NCBI GenBank assembly: GCA_029855935.1
Contig: JAGSHN010000027.1
Coordinates: 96,001 to 160,000 of the forward strand
Source: Candidatus Thorarchaeota archaeon
Lineage (GTDB): Archaea; Asgardarchaeota; Thorarchaeia; Thorarchaeales; Thorarchaeaceae
Length of the DNA stretch: 64,000 bases
Direction of reading: 5' to 3'
A program made the translations under genes and the position numbers. Under the pieces are notes generated by a model. The model was not told where the DNA came from, did not search any database, and worked only from the letters and a program-made list of their open reading frames with translations. Shown here one piece after another: positions 18,189-28,551 of this stretch; position 1 is the first letter of the stretch, and every line of letters begins with the position of its first letter.

Positions 18189-19378
18189 ACACGCAGCGAC
18201 TTTGCTGCAGCAAGAATAGCCCTCCGAAACGCTCCCTTCCGTGCCTCGCGATACGTCACAGTTCCAAGGATGGCTCGGCCCATCAACTCCCTGATTGGCC
18301 TGTCAGCTATCATCATCTTGACGATCAGCTCCATTCGACGCAGCGACGCGTAGACAAAGTCTGCCAGAGGAAGACCGTAGTTGATCATGTCATCGCCGAA
18401 GTCGGCCATCCATCGATCAGTGTAGTCCGATACAAGGTCCTTTGTGGCCTTGCCCTCCATAGCATCGCGAATCGCCTCCACTGCGTGAATCCCCGTCTTG
18501 ATACCAAACGAGATTCCCTCGCCGGTGACGGGCGACACAAAACCGCCGGCATCCCCAGCAAGGAGGACACGGCCCACACCTATTGGTTCGAATGGTCTCC
18601 TGAAGGGTATCGAGGCAGGAATCCCGGTCTTGGGGTCAAAGTCCTCAGGCAACATCTTGCGCTTCTTGAGCATCGCAACAAAGTCTGCAAAGACCTCAAA
18701 CTGTGTCTTGTCGGGGAGCCGTCGATTGCCGAAGCCAATCCCGACATTCATGAAGCCGCGCTTTGGAAAGACCCAGCCGTAGCCACGTGGAACAACGCCA
18801 AAAAAGATGTGCAGGCCACGGACCTCGCCAGTGAGCTCGTCAATCAGTGCGTCATCCATCGGGACCTCCGCGCAGACCGTCCTCGCCATATGGTCATAGG
18901 GCTGAGTGAAGCCCAGCTTCTTCCGATACGACTTCAGGCCAGTGCCGTCCGCGAGAATGACGTAGCGAGCCTCTATCGAGTCACCCGATCTCGTTCTGAC
19001 CTCGACACCATCGCCAGAAGGTGTGACGTCTGTGACCATCGTCTCCTCGCGCACGTCAGCACCAGCATCAGCCGCATCCAGCAACATCAGATGGTCCCAT
19101 TCCTTTCTCACAACAAAGTGCATATCGTGCTCAGGTACGTACTCAGCGGACCTGAGTTTCGGAGAATAGACCACCAGGCGCTTTGGGATACAGTTGATCC
19201 CTTTCTGTGCCTTGGGCCCAATCATAGGTAGGACCTTGAACGAGAGTGCACCGCCACACGACTTGTGACGCGGAAACTTCGCCTTGTCAAGGACCGTTAC
19301 GTCCAGACCGTATCTAGCAGCATAGAGAGCAGCAGCGCTTCCTGCTGGGCCTGCACCAACTACAACTATGTCCTTCAT
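18185..19378 (-). CDS. Geranylgeranyl reductase family FAD oxidoreductase
   Basis: GAGPAGS, FPRHKSCGG, GYGWVFPK and LAGDAGGFVSPVTGEGI. Confidence 0.9.
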   Translation of the reverse strand: MKDIVVVGAGPAGSAAALYAARYGLDVTVLDKAKFPRHKSCGGALSFKVLPMIGPKAQKGINCIPKRLVVYSPKLRSAEYVPEHDMHFVVRKEWDHLMLLDAADAGADVREETMVTDVTPSGDGVEVRTRSGDSIEARYVILADGTGLKSYRKKLGFTQPYDHMARTVCAEVPMDDALIDELTGEVRGLHIFFGVVPRGYGWVFPKRGFMNVGIGFGNRRLPDKTQFEVFADFVAMLKKRKMLPEDFDPKTGIPASIPFRRPFEPIGVGRVLLAGDAGGFVSPVTGEGISFGIKTGIHAVEAIRDAMEGKATKDLVSDYTDRWMADFGDDMINYGLPLADFVYASLRRMELIVKMMIADRPIRELMGRAILGTVTYREARKGAFRRAILAAAKSLRV

Positions 19379-19554
19379 CGTGACTCAAAGGGTGAGTCGG
19401 AAATCTGCCTAAAAAAACTAGGCTGCCCAATCAGCCTGCAACTCAGAGGCCGCATCATGCAACAGGTCGACAGAGAGCCCCCTGAAAGATATGCCGACTG
19501 CGAAGCAACAAAGAAATATTATGTTCGAGCGGAGGGGAGCAGGTAGTGGTCTCT

Positions 19555-20000
19555 TGGCGCAGGATTTGCGCGACTGGAGATGGGTTGGCGACTGGGCTGG
19601 AAGAAGGGCATCGTTGACGCCCGACCGCATAGCCATACGAGACAATACCACCAGCACGGAATACACGTTCGGAGAGATGAACAGGCGTGCCAATCGTGTG
19701 GCTTACGTGTTGTTGGAGCACGGTGTCACAAAGGGGAGTAGGGTTGCCACTTACTCAAAGAACAGAATAGAGATAGTAGATCTCTTCCTAGCCTGCGGGA
19801 AGATAGACGCAGTCCTAGTGCCACTCAACATAAGACTCGCACCGCCAGAGATAGAGTTCCTTGTCAAGAAGACCAATCCCAAGGTGATTGCCTACGACCA
19901 GCAGATTAAGACCAGGTTTCACAGCCTTGGGAAGGGCGTGACGGGCCGGACAGTGACGAGTCTGGGCGAGCCCGCTCGGGACGACGGTCGCGATGCGTAG
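19555..20000 (+). pseudogene. N-terminal fragment of an AMP-binding acyl-CoA ligase
   Basis: WVGDW..RRASLTPDRIA..YTFGEMNRRANRVA..GVTKGSRVA..VPLNIRLA; stops after about 150 aa, before the YTSGTTG motif, with no room for the rest. Confidence 0.75.
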
Positions 20001-20060
20001 ACGCGATGAGCTGAGTGTCATCAACCACTCATGGCCCGCTGCTCTGCCACTCCTGCGACT

Positions 20061-21464
20061 CTACGTCGCTCCATCAGACTCTGAAGAGAACGATGTGCCC
20101 GCTTCTGCAGCATCTCCGGGGTCCTCGCCCTCCACCACGACAGGGGGCTCGTGCCGCTCCCTCTTGAGCCTCTCAAAGTCTGGATCGAGATCAACCCAAT
20201 GCAGGACTATCACAGACAAGAAGATGAAGATGGCGGCAACAGGGCCCCACAGCTGGTAGCCCAGAGTGACAAACTCGCCGGGGTGACTCGGAACAGGCAG
20301 GCTCTCAGGGAGGGAGAGCAGGAAGCCCATCAACGTGGACGATGCAGCCTGACAGATATTGAGCGGAATGGATGGAAGTCCCGTATACATCCCGGCACGA
20401 CCCTCACCCGTCAGGATCTCATCCTTGTGCGCAAAGTCAGCATAGACTATGTACGGGAAGAGGTAGTATCCCGAGACCGCAGCTGCCACGAGAGCAATCA
20501 CAACGAACCCGCCAACCTTCGTTGTCACAATCAGGGTCAGCGGCAACGAAAAGGACGCAAGCAGCATAGCGGCCTGCAGGGTCACGCGCTTTCCAACGTG
20601 CTTGATGTCCCAGCTCCAGACCAGAAAGAAGCTGAAGACCACTGCGAGAAGCTCTAGACCGAAGAGCAGCATGTCGGAGGTCCCGAATCGCAGGTAGTCA
20701 TTGACGTATGGGAACGCCATCTGTGTGATCATCACAAAACCAAGGGAGAGAAGCCCCTGGGCCACAAGCCATCCCACAAAGTCGCGGTTCTTCAGTGCAG
20801 TCTCCAGCTCCCTCACAAAGCTCGGCTGGGGGATGAATCTACCCTCCGCACTTAGTCTCGCCACGGGTAGCACGAACCCGATGATCTCTACGGCCACGAT
20901 GACCATCAAGATCATGAAGACCTCCTGTGGCAACCCCCAGCCCGTGGAGAGGCCTGCCAGGAGTGCAGTGGCCAGCGTTGCGATTGTGAAGGCCAGAAAG
21001 TTCGCAATGTTCTGCCATGCCGAAACGGCAGGCCGCTCGTCAGGATCCGTGAGCTCTGGCATCCACGCCTGCAGCGGCGTTGTGACCATTCCGTAGAATA
21101 CCTTGAACAACGACAGCGTCACGGTCGCGTAGATGAACAGACCCCACACATCGCCCTGAGTAACGAACCAGTGAGGAGTAAAGACTAGGACGAAGGTGAT
21201 GGCCATCAGGGGGGCGCCGACTAGGATGTATGGTTTTCTACGGCCCCATCTCGTCTTGGTCCGGTCACTTAGGTGACCGAATCCGAGTTGTGCCAGCCCG
21301 ATGACGAGATAGCTAATCCCCTGCGATACACCAGTGTATATTCCAGGCAGGTCCTGCAGGGAGAAGTAGAACAGTGTCGTTGCCAGCGATATGAAATCCA
21401 ACATCATGCTCGGCCCGAAACGAGCCATCCCGAAGTAGATCTTCTGGAGCCGTGTCAGCGCCAC
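20061..21464 (-). CDS. MFS transporter, GPH/MelB-like family
   Basis: GHLSDRTKTRWGRRKPY, PELTDPDER and GEGRAGMY; about 12 TM. Confidence 0.88.
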   Translation of the reverse strand: MALTRLQKIYFGMARFGPSMMLDFISLATTLFYFSLQDLPGIYTGVSQGISYLVIGLAQLGFGHLSDRTKTRWGRRKPYILVGAPLMAITFVLVFTPHWFVTQGDVWGLFIYATVTLSLFKVFYGMVTTPLQAWMPELTDPDERPAVSAWQNIANFLAFTIATLATALLAGLSTGWGLPQEVFMILMVIVAVEIIGFVLPVARLSAEGRFIPQPSFVRELETALKNRDFVGWLVAQGLLSLGFVMITQMAFPYVNDYLRFGTSDMLLFGLELLAVVFSFFLVWSWDIKHVGKRVTLQAAMLLASFSLPLTLIVTTKVGGFVVIALVAAAVSGYYLFPYIVYADFAHKDEILTGEGRAGMYTGLPSIPLNICQAASSTLMGFLLSLPESLPVPSHPGEFVTLGYQLWGPVAAIFIFLSVIVLHWVDLDPDFERLKRERHEPPVVVEGEDPGDAAEAGTSFSSESDGAT

Positions 21465-21666
21465 GAGGATTCCTCCTCTCGATGCTGCATCTGAGGGTGC
21501 ATCCGCGACTATTAAAGAGTCGCCCTTCAGGGTTTCACGATAGACACTGGCCCGCGGTGAGGTCCTTCGGCTAGAGCGCGGGTTCTCGGGCAGGCTTCAA
21601 CAGATCAGTCACAGGACTGCAGCTGACCAGACCGCAGGGTCGGTATGGAACGACCTCACAGTCAGA

Positions 21667-21708
21667 GGAAAAAAGAGAGAGGGCGGGACACGTCGTGAAG
21701 CGTGTCCC
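21667..21708 (-). terminator. Hairpin plus T-tract after the large surface-protein gene
   Basis: GGGACACG/CGTGTCCC stem (21685-21708), then CTCTCTCTTTTTT on the minus strand. Confidence 0.6.
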
Positions 21709-21719
21709 AAGAGTCCGTC

Positions 21720-24700
21720 TCAGCCCTTCTTGCTGCGGCGGTCGACGACAATCTTCAGTACTATGAAGAGTGCCACGGCACTGCCGAAGCCTATTACTAT
21801 GCCGTATTGCGCGACTACTGATTGAAGCAGGTCGGACATTCCAGGCGGGATGTTCCTCACCGTGAATGTTGCCTCGTAGACGGCCTCATTCCCGGCGGCG
21901 TCACGTGCAACGACCCTCAGCGTGTGCTCTCCGTTCTCGAGCTGGAATGTGTCCCATGAGAAGAACACGGATGCCTCGGACCCAGAGTATACCTGCTCAC
22001 CGTCAACCAGCACTATCACAGACGCCACACCACTGCCCTCGTCTGATGCCTCAATCGAGATGTTCACAATCCCGCTGAGTACCGAACCGGGTATCACACC
22101 ACCGACGTTGAGCGTGGGATCGACAGAGTCTCCGACTGTGTAGCTCAGAGGTGAGCCCTCGGTCCCGAGGTAGCCCGTCTGACCGAACTCGTCACTGGCA
22201 GAGATGTAGTACTCCACCAGAGTGTTCCAAGGCTGTGCTGGTATGACACCTGAGTACAGTGGCCCCGAGGCGCTCATGGCGACATCAGTCCACGATCCGC
22301 CATCGACACGATACCAGAGCGTGACCGCAGCAATGTCTGACTGGTCGCTCACGCCGACGACCACTGTGACTGGTTCGCCGTACTGCGGCGAACTCGGAGT
22401 CAGGAACGGACCTGTCAGGAGTGGCGCACTCACATCGTTCTCCACAGTGACTGTGGCATTGCTGGTCGCAACATTGCCTGCGTAGTCGTAGGCGAAGGCA
22501 CCGAGGTTGTACGTGCCGTTTGGTAGCATTCTGGTGTTCCACGTGGCGTTGAAGGGCGCAGTCGTCGCATTGGCCACCAAGACGGCCCCCGCCCAGTACT
22601 CCACGTAGGCCACGCCGCTTGAGCCAGTACCTGGATCAGATACTGACACCTCAAGGCTCACGGCGCCCGAGATGACCGAGCCCGTCACCGGGTAGGTCAA
22701 TATCAAGTCTGGCGCAACGAAGTCGCCAACCGTGTACGAGTAGTATGCACCCCCGTCATCATAGGTTGCAGAGTTACCGAAGTCGTCCGTTGCAATGAGA
22801 TAGTACTCGACCAGTGTGCCAAATGACTGTGCTGGAATCACACCAGACAGACTGCCACCTGTCCACGTCATGGCGACCGACTGCCACGCGCCCCCGTCCA
22901 GCCTATAGTACAGCGTCGCACCCCACGGACTCAGGTCAGAGCCTGAGGCACTAATTGTCACATCATCCGAATAGGCCGGGTTGCTCGGAGACCTTGTCAC
23001 CTGAGTGACATCAGGTGGGGTCTAGTCTCGAACGAACCCCATGTCGTCAAAGAGAACTGAGAATGACTCACTCCCGGCTACCACGTACGTGAAGACATCC
23101 GTGACAATGGGCTTGACAGAGGGATATGCCTCTGCTATATCCTTGTTGATATCTCGAACCAAGTTGATCCATTGGCCCGTTGTTGTGTAGTTGAGGACAA
23201 AATAGGTATCGTAGGTGGTGTTGGTGAGTGTGTTGGTCGTGGCGAGAACGTAGTGGATGTCCCAATCGCGATCGATTCTCAGGATGATTGACGCATAGTA
23301 CGACGCTGGAAGCGGGTCGACAAGCTGGAACCAGAAGTCCGTGTAACTGCCGGCAGGGAACACGATTGCCATCGAGCGGTGGAGCTCGGCAAGCTCGAAT
23401 GGTGAGGGTGTCGCGTTATAGGAATATGATCCCGAGTGCGAAACCGTCGAAAGCCGATTCTCCTGCGCATTGCCGGACCATGCGTCCCACAGTGTCACCT
23501 CGCTATTCGAAGTTGACCACCAGTCCACCTCGAAGCCATAGTCCATCAACGGGTAGGTGACTAGCTCAAAGTCGTCAATGAACAACGTCGCCGTGGAGTT
23601 GCTCGCCCCGCCAGCATCAACCCTCAGCTGCACCATTGTCAACGAACTGTGCCTGAAACCAATCTCGTTCAGCACATCGTAAAAGTCGTAGTCAAAGTAG
23701 TTCCACTGATTACGTGTGCCAAACCCTGGGGCAAACAGATAGACATATGATGACGAGTTGGAGTAGCCAGATGTGGAGTTGGAGAGGCGTCCCAAGTAGA
23801 AGTAGATGTAGACGTAGTGACTATCGTTGTACCACAAGGTTGTCAAGAAGGCCCGCTGGGAGCTTCCTCCTCCGGACGTGTCATTGTACATCCAGTAGAA
23901 CCGCAATCGCATGAGACCAGGCTGATACGCCGTGAAACCGTCAGGGGTCGACCGGGAGACTTCCAGTGACGCGCGCGACGTCGACTCACTCGGAGTGGCC
24001 GCATACAGTTTGTAGCCGTAGTCTCCGTTGACATGTGTGGTCGTTCGTCCCGCATATCCGGGATCGCTCCCCGAATAGCTCCAGTCGGTCGAGCCGGACT
24101 CAAATCCACCATTCGACACACCATTCGCCATTGTCGAGTTGTAGAGAATGACATTGTCCCAGATGGCCTCATATCTTGCCCCATACTGTCCTCGTGAGTG
24201 CAAGGCGAGGACTACTTCGTCGACGTAGAGTTCGCCGCCAAATAGCTCATCGACATCAGATGCCAGATCGACATGCAGAGTGTTCCAGACACCAACAGAG
24301 GCGTTGCCCCTTATGAGGCGCTTGCCCCATGAATAGTTGGAGAAGTAGGCGCCACTGGAGTACGCCGTGACATAGTAGAGAACGTAGTTGTTGGTTGAGT
24401 TTCTGAGAGAGACTCGTACCTCGTGCCACATCGAATCATTCACAAAATCGACATTCTTCAGATAGTACGAGACGTTGAGGAACATCTCGGATCCGACTGG
24501 ATAGTCCTGCCAGGCCAGATAGTGATAGGTGAATAGATCCGAGGTGGAGCCCCGGGAGTCCATCACACCCTGTGCAGCATACGAACCCTCGGCCACAATC
24601 TCTGAGTATGTGTAGTTGAAGTGTAGACCAGAGGTCATAAAGGAATAGGAGCCAGCGGGCGGATCGTCGCCGGCCTCGAAGTCGCCCTCCGAGTAGATGT

Positions 24701-24878
24701 TGGTCATCATTGGCGGCTCGCCGCCAGCGCCTGAAGGCGTGCTATGAGAGTGTCCCTCCGGCACAACCTGAATGGCAGCAGGTTGCCCATCTCTATGATG
24801 TGCCGGAACAGCAAAGACACTGAAGATGAAAAGACAGATCAACAAGATCACGTATTTGTCACGTTCTCTGCGTTTCAA
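21720..24878 (-). CDS. Large cell-surface glycoprotein (signal peptide, 3 CBM-like jelly-roll repeats, 4 Ig-like domains, C-terminal TM) interrupted by one in-frame TAG at 23022-23024
   Basis: Track ORFs 23022..24941 and 21720..23000 share a frame and read ..GFVRD*TPPDVTQVTRSP..; repeats start EGDFE/NGGFE/DYGFE; TTG start after GGAGGT; TM plus RRSKKG tail. Whether this is readthrough or a pseudogene is unresolved. Confidence 0.75.
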
Positions 24879-24949
24879 ACGTAGACCTCCCAAGTTCTCG
24901 GCTATTAGTTCGACCGAGAGGTGGTGCATAACGGCTGTCACGAAGACAC

Positions 24950-25040
24950 ATAATACTTTCGTTCAATTGATAAGAGAGTTAATTATTATTATACTACAAT
25001 GCGATATACCATATATTTTATAAGCCTATATAGTTTAGGC
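24950..25040. promoter_or_regulatory. AT-rich divergent promoter region
   Basis: Markedly AT-rich (TTAATTATTATTATA, TATATTTTATAA, CTATATAG) between divergent genes. Confidence 0.55.
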
Positions 25041-25053
25041 TTCCGTGAGAGAA

Positions 25054-26088
25054 ATGGGCGACGAGGAGATTGTGTTCTCACACATTGTCAAGACATACAG
25101 AAATCGCCGGCTTGTGGGGATACTCCCACCGCGCTTCGAGCGCAGAGAGATCCGAGCGCTCGACGGCCTCTCCTTCACGGTCCGCAATGGCGAGGTCTTT
25201 GGGCTGTTGGGCCCCAATGGAGCAGGAAAGACAACGACCGTGCAGATCCTCTCGGGGCTGCTGATTCCCGATGAGGGAGAGGCCAGAGTATGCGGAATCG
25301 ACCCTGTAGGCGAGCCAGACAGAGTCAAGCGCATAGTGGGTGTCGTTGCCGGGGGAAATCCGCGGCAACTCTACAACAAGCTGACCGCACGAGAGAACCT
25401 GCGATACTGGGGACAGCTCCACGGAATGTCCGGGTGGAGGCTCGAGAGGAGGATTGACGAACTGATAGAGCTCATCGGGCTGAAGGACCGTGCGGACGAC
25501 GTTGTGGAGAAATTCAGCATGGGCATGACTCAGAGAGTCATCCTCGCAAGAGGACTGCTGCACGACCCCGAAGTGCTGCTGCTCGACGAGCCGACAGTTG
25601 GACTCGACCCGAAGGCAAGCAGGGAGATGAGGGCCTTTATCCGCCAGAGGCTTGTGGACGAGCGAGAGAAGACCGTAATCCTCACGACTCACGAGATGCA
25701 CGTTGCCGAGGAGCTATGCGACCGCATCGCAATCATAAACCACGGTCGACTCGTCGCGCTGGGGACACCCGGGGAACTGAGAAGGCAGGTCATCGGAGGG
25801 ACACGTCTTGAGGTGGACGTAGAGAACCCCGATGACGATCTGATCGAGACGATGCGGGGGATGGGGCTTGAGGTCGTTGGCGAGGTGACGGTCCAGAATG
25901 GAACTGAGTTGACACGGTTGACCATCAGGACCGAACGTGAGGAGGAGGCGCTCCAGACCGTGGTGGAAGCAATACTGAAGAGCCCGGCGGCGCGGCTACG
26001 CAGGATGACACTGCGAGAACCAACTCTCGAAGATGCCTTTGTATCACTGACGGACGAGAGCGAAACGGAGGCGGAGGTCAATGCATAG
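25054..26088 (+). CDS. ABC-2 (DrrA-like) exporter ATP-binding protein
   Basis: GPNGAGKTT, FSMGM, LLLDEPTVGLD and TTH; C-terminal EPTLEDAF. Confidence 0.92.
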   Translation: MGDEEIVFSHIVKTYRNRRLVGILPPRFERREIRALDGLSFTVRNGEVFGLLGPNGAGKTTTVQILSGLLIPDEGEARVCGIDPVGEPDRVKRIVGVVAGGNPRQLYNKLTARENLRYWGQLHGMSGWRLERRIDELIELIGLKDRADDVVEKFSMGMTQRVILARGLLHDPEVLLLDEPTVGLDPKASREMRAFIRQRLVDEREKTVILTTHEMHVAEELCDRIAIINHGRLVALGTPGELRRQVIGGTRLEVDVENPDDDLIETMRGMGLEVVGEVTVQNGTELTRLTIRTEREEEALQTVVEAILKSPAARLRRMTLREPTLEDAFVSLTDESETEAEVNA

Positions 26089-26893
26089 CGCTGTCGAATG
26101 GTTCACTGCAATGAGGGGAACTCTTGTCAAGGAGTTGAAAATACAGAAGCGCTATGTGGGCTGGATGGTCGCGAGCCTGATCCAGCCAATAATCTGGATG
26201 GTGCTCTTCAAGCTCATAGGAACCGGCTTCGGAATCGGACAGACGGCGTCAGGATACGATTTCACGAGCTACCTGATACTCGGCGTCCTGCTCCTGATGA
26301 TTCTCTCTCAGTCGCTGTGGGGTGCAGGACTGGCCCTACGCACGGAGCAGTACAGAGGGACGCTGGAGTCGCTGTTTATGACCCCTGCAAGACTGACGGC
26401 CGTGCTCGTGGGATTCGCCCTCTCGGACCTCGTCTTTGCTGGATATCTACTCGCAGTGGGATACGTGATAGGCACGTTCGTCTTCGGTCTCAGTCTTGTT
26501 GTGACCGACCCGGTCGGACTTGCTGTGGCATTCATCGTCACGATCTACGGTGTGACAGGGTTTGCGTTCCTCTTCGCTGCAGTGACTCTAGTCATCAAGC
26601 AGGCGAACGCACTGGTCAACACACTCCAGCCTGTGCTGTTTATGATCACCGGCGTCTTCTTCCCTATCACGGCCCTACCGACAGCACTGCGACAGTTCTC
26701 TCTTCTGTTGCCGCTCACCCAGGGATTCCTTGCGATACAAGAGATAACGCTAAAGGGCGCGTTGCTCATTGATGTGCTGCCGCTCCTGATTGGCACAATA
26801 GTTTCGGGAACGGTGCTCGCATTGATCGGGATAGCATCACTGCGGGCGACGATCAAGTCTGCGAGGCGAAGAGGACTGCTGGGAGCATTCTGA
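26081..26893 (+). CDS. ABC-2 exporter permease
   Basis: EQYRGTLESLFMTP, GVFFPITALP and LPLT; 6 TM; overlaps the ATPase stop. Confidence 0.9.
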   Translation: MHSAVEWFTAMRGTLVKELKIQKRYVGWMVASLIQPIIWMVLFKLIGTGFGIGQTASGYDFTSYLILGVLLLMILSQSLWGAGLALRTEQYRGTLESLFMTPARLTAVLVGFALSDLVFAGYLLAVGYVIGTFVFGLSLVVTDPVGLAVAFIVTIYGVTGFAFLFAAVTLVIKQANALVNTLQPVLFMITGVFFPITALPTALRQFSLLLPLTQGFLAIQEITLKGALLIDVLPLLIGTIVSGTVLALIGIASLRATIKSARRRGLLGAF

Positions 26894-26923
26894 GGGTTCC
26901 CTCGCGACAGGGGAAGAGACAGA

Positions 26924-27313
26924 ATGGCATCGGGCGAGAAGGACAAGCAGGTTCGATTCGGAGAGGCGGAGACGCTGAACGAACTTGCCGATGCTCTGAC
27001 TCTTCTCGGCAACCTCACAAGACTGAGGATAATAGCGGCGCTCAGCGAGAGGCCGATGTTCGTGCAAGAGCTGAGCACCCGGCTAAATGTCTCATATCCA
27101 CTCCTGCATCTGCACCTGAAGAACATGGAGAAGCACGGCCTGGTCAGGTCAGAGTATAGAGTTGGGACAGACAAGACGAAGAGATACGTCAAACGGTATT
27201 TCGAGCTCGTCGACTTCCGAATAGAGGTCACACCTATGAAGATCACGAGGCTTGCCAGAACAGGCGGAGAGGGGCCCAAGCCATCTGACGAAGAGGAGGT
27301 CAAGAGAGAATGA
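26924..27313 (+). CDS. ArsR-family winged-helix transcription regulator
   Basis: LGNLTRLRII..VQELS..LHLHLKNMEKHGLV. Confidence 0.85.
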   Translation: MASGEKDKQVRFGEAETLNELADALTLLGNLTRLRIIAALSERPMFVQELSTRLNVSYPLLHLHLKNMEKHGLVRSEYRVGTDKTKRYVKRYFELVDFRIEVTPMKITRLARTGGEGPKPSDEEEVKRE

Positions 27314-27627
27314 GTGCTGACAAAGTCTTGAGTGCGCTGGCGATAGCTTTCTTGGGATTCGGATTGCCGGTCTATTTGGCATACTTGGGGGCTGTCTATC
27401 AGCTCAACATCTGGTACGTCGGGATATTCACGTTCCTGTCACTTCTCGGAGGCGTGACAATCCCATTGGCACTACACGCAATTACAGAGGCGCTTGAGCA
27501 TCCAGACGAGGACTATGAGGAGCAGCTCGACGATATGGTGAGAGCGTTCAGAGCGTTGCTGTCGAGGATGGACGATGTGTTGCTCGAACTGAGAGAGATT
27601 GATCGGATGTTGAACGTGGAGGGATAG
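27310..27627 (+). CDS. Small membrane protein (2 TM plus coiled coil)
   Basis: ATGA overlap with the ArsR stop; two hydrophobic helices. Confidence 0.65.
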   Translation: MSADKVLSALAIAFLGFGLPVYLAYLGAVYQLNIWYVGIFTFLSLLGGVTIPLALHAITEALEHPDEDYEEQLDDMVRAFRALLSRMDDVLLELREIDRMLNVEG

Positions 27628-27632
27628 AGGAT

Positions 27633-27764
27633 ATGAGCGAAGACCAATACAAGAAGCTGGGTGCGGCAGAACTCATGCGCCTTGCAGAGGAGAAGGTGTC
27701 TGAGATGCAGCATCTGGTCAAGTCGATAATTGCGTCGCTGAAGAGGATTGGCGGGTTTGAATAG
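27633..27764 (+). CDS. 43-aa helical small protein (absent from ORF track)
   Basis: MSEDQYKKLGAAELMRLAEEKVSEMQHLVKSIIASLKRIGGFE; GAGG just upstream; fills the gap to the convergent gene. Confidence 0.5.
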   Translation: MSEDQYKKLGAAELMRLAEEKVSEMQHLVKSIIASLKRIGGFE

Positions 27765-27768
27765 TCCG

Positions 27769-28488
27769 CTACACGAGTCTCACGTTCGCCTCATTATAGA
27801 CCCATACTCTCTCAGTCCCCACCGAGCCGACGAGCGTGAGACGGCTCTCGCGGGCAATCCGGATCCCTGTGTCCGTCGCCACGGCCAAGGAGAACACGGC
27901 AGCCACTCCTGCCGTGGCGCACTGGGACACGATCTCCGAAGTGAGTCGGCCTGTGAAGAGTAGCACTGTCCTGTGAAGATTCATTCCAGCAAGCACTGCC
28001 GCACCTATCGCCTTCCTCAAGGCATTGGTCCGGCGTATGTCCTCTCTCACTATGATCTCGCCAGTGTTGAGCGACATCACGAGACAGCCGTGGGCGCAGC
28101 CCGTCCTGTTCAGTATCTCTTGAGAGACGCGGAGCTGATGGAGCAGGTCAGTTACTTTGGCCCACCGCAAGTCGGTCGGACAGGGGGAGCCAGACATCGC
28201 CGCTCGACCCTCGTATGCTCTGACACCATCACGTTGGACAGTCACTGTCGCAAGGTCCTCCGACTCCTCCACCGACACGGCACCAGAGTCGACAGTCATA
28301 CGCCGCGTCAGCAGGAGCACGCCTGCAGCGAGTTCGGTCAGGTTCGCAGGTGTTCCCGTTGTCTCCTCGATGATGTCACCGTCGGACCAGACCAGTCTCA
28401 GCCTTGCCTCAACGGCAAGTTCCTCAATGACCGCTGACCTCTGACCGTTGACTACGGATTCCACCTCAGTTCTCCTCGTGACTGGCAT
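27769..28488 (-). CDS. fdhD: FdhD/NarQ-like formate dehydrogenase accessory sulfurtransferase (divergent)
   Basis: TPANLTELAAG, TGCAHG, REDIRRTNALRKAIG, TGRLTSEIV and TLVG. Confidence 0.75.
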   Translation of the reverse strand: MPVTRRTEVESVVNGQRSAVIEELAVEARLRLVWSDGDIIEETTGTPANLTELAAGVLLLTRRMTVDSGAVSVEESEDLATVTVQRDGVRAYEGRAAMSGSPCPTDLRWAKVTDLLHQLRVSQEILNRTGCAHGCLVMSLNTGEIIVREDIRRTNALRKAIGAAVLAGMNLHRTVLLFTGRLTSEIVSQCATAGVAAVFSLAVATDTGIRIARESRLTLVGSVGTERVWVYNEANVRLV

Positions 28489-28551
28489 CCCTACTATCCT
28501 CCGTGCCCGATACGCAGGCAGTTCACCCACCGATGCTGCAGCTCTGGCAAT

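Noticed and set aside
18080-19231. Long antisense ORFs (383 aa here; also 45431..46669, 58920..59846, 2406..3128, 41213..41968)
   Set aside because: They are shadows of well-supported genes on the opposite strand in GC-rich DNA, with no motifs.
19998-20009. Amber readthrough rescuing the acyl-CoA ligase
   Set aside because: A TGA follows two codons later and no ligase sequence continues.
24950-25040. AT-rich tract as a replication origin
   Set aside because: No ORB-like repeats or cdc6/orc1 nearby; divergent promoters explain it.
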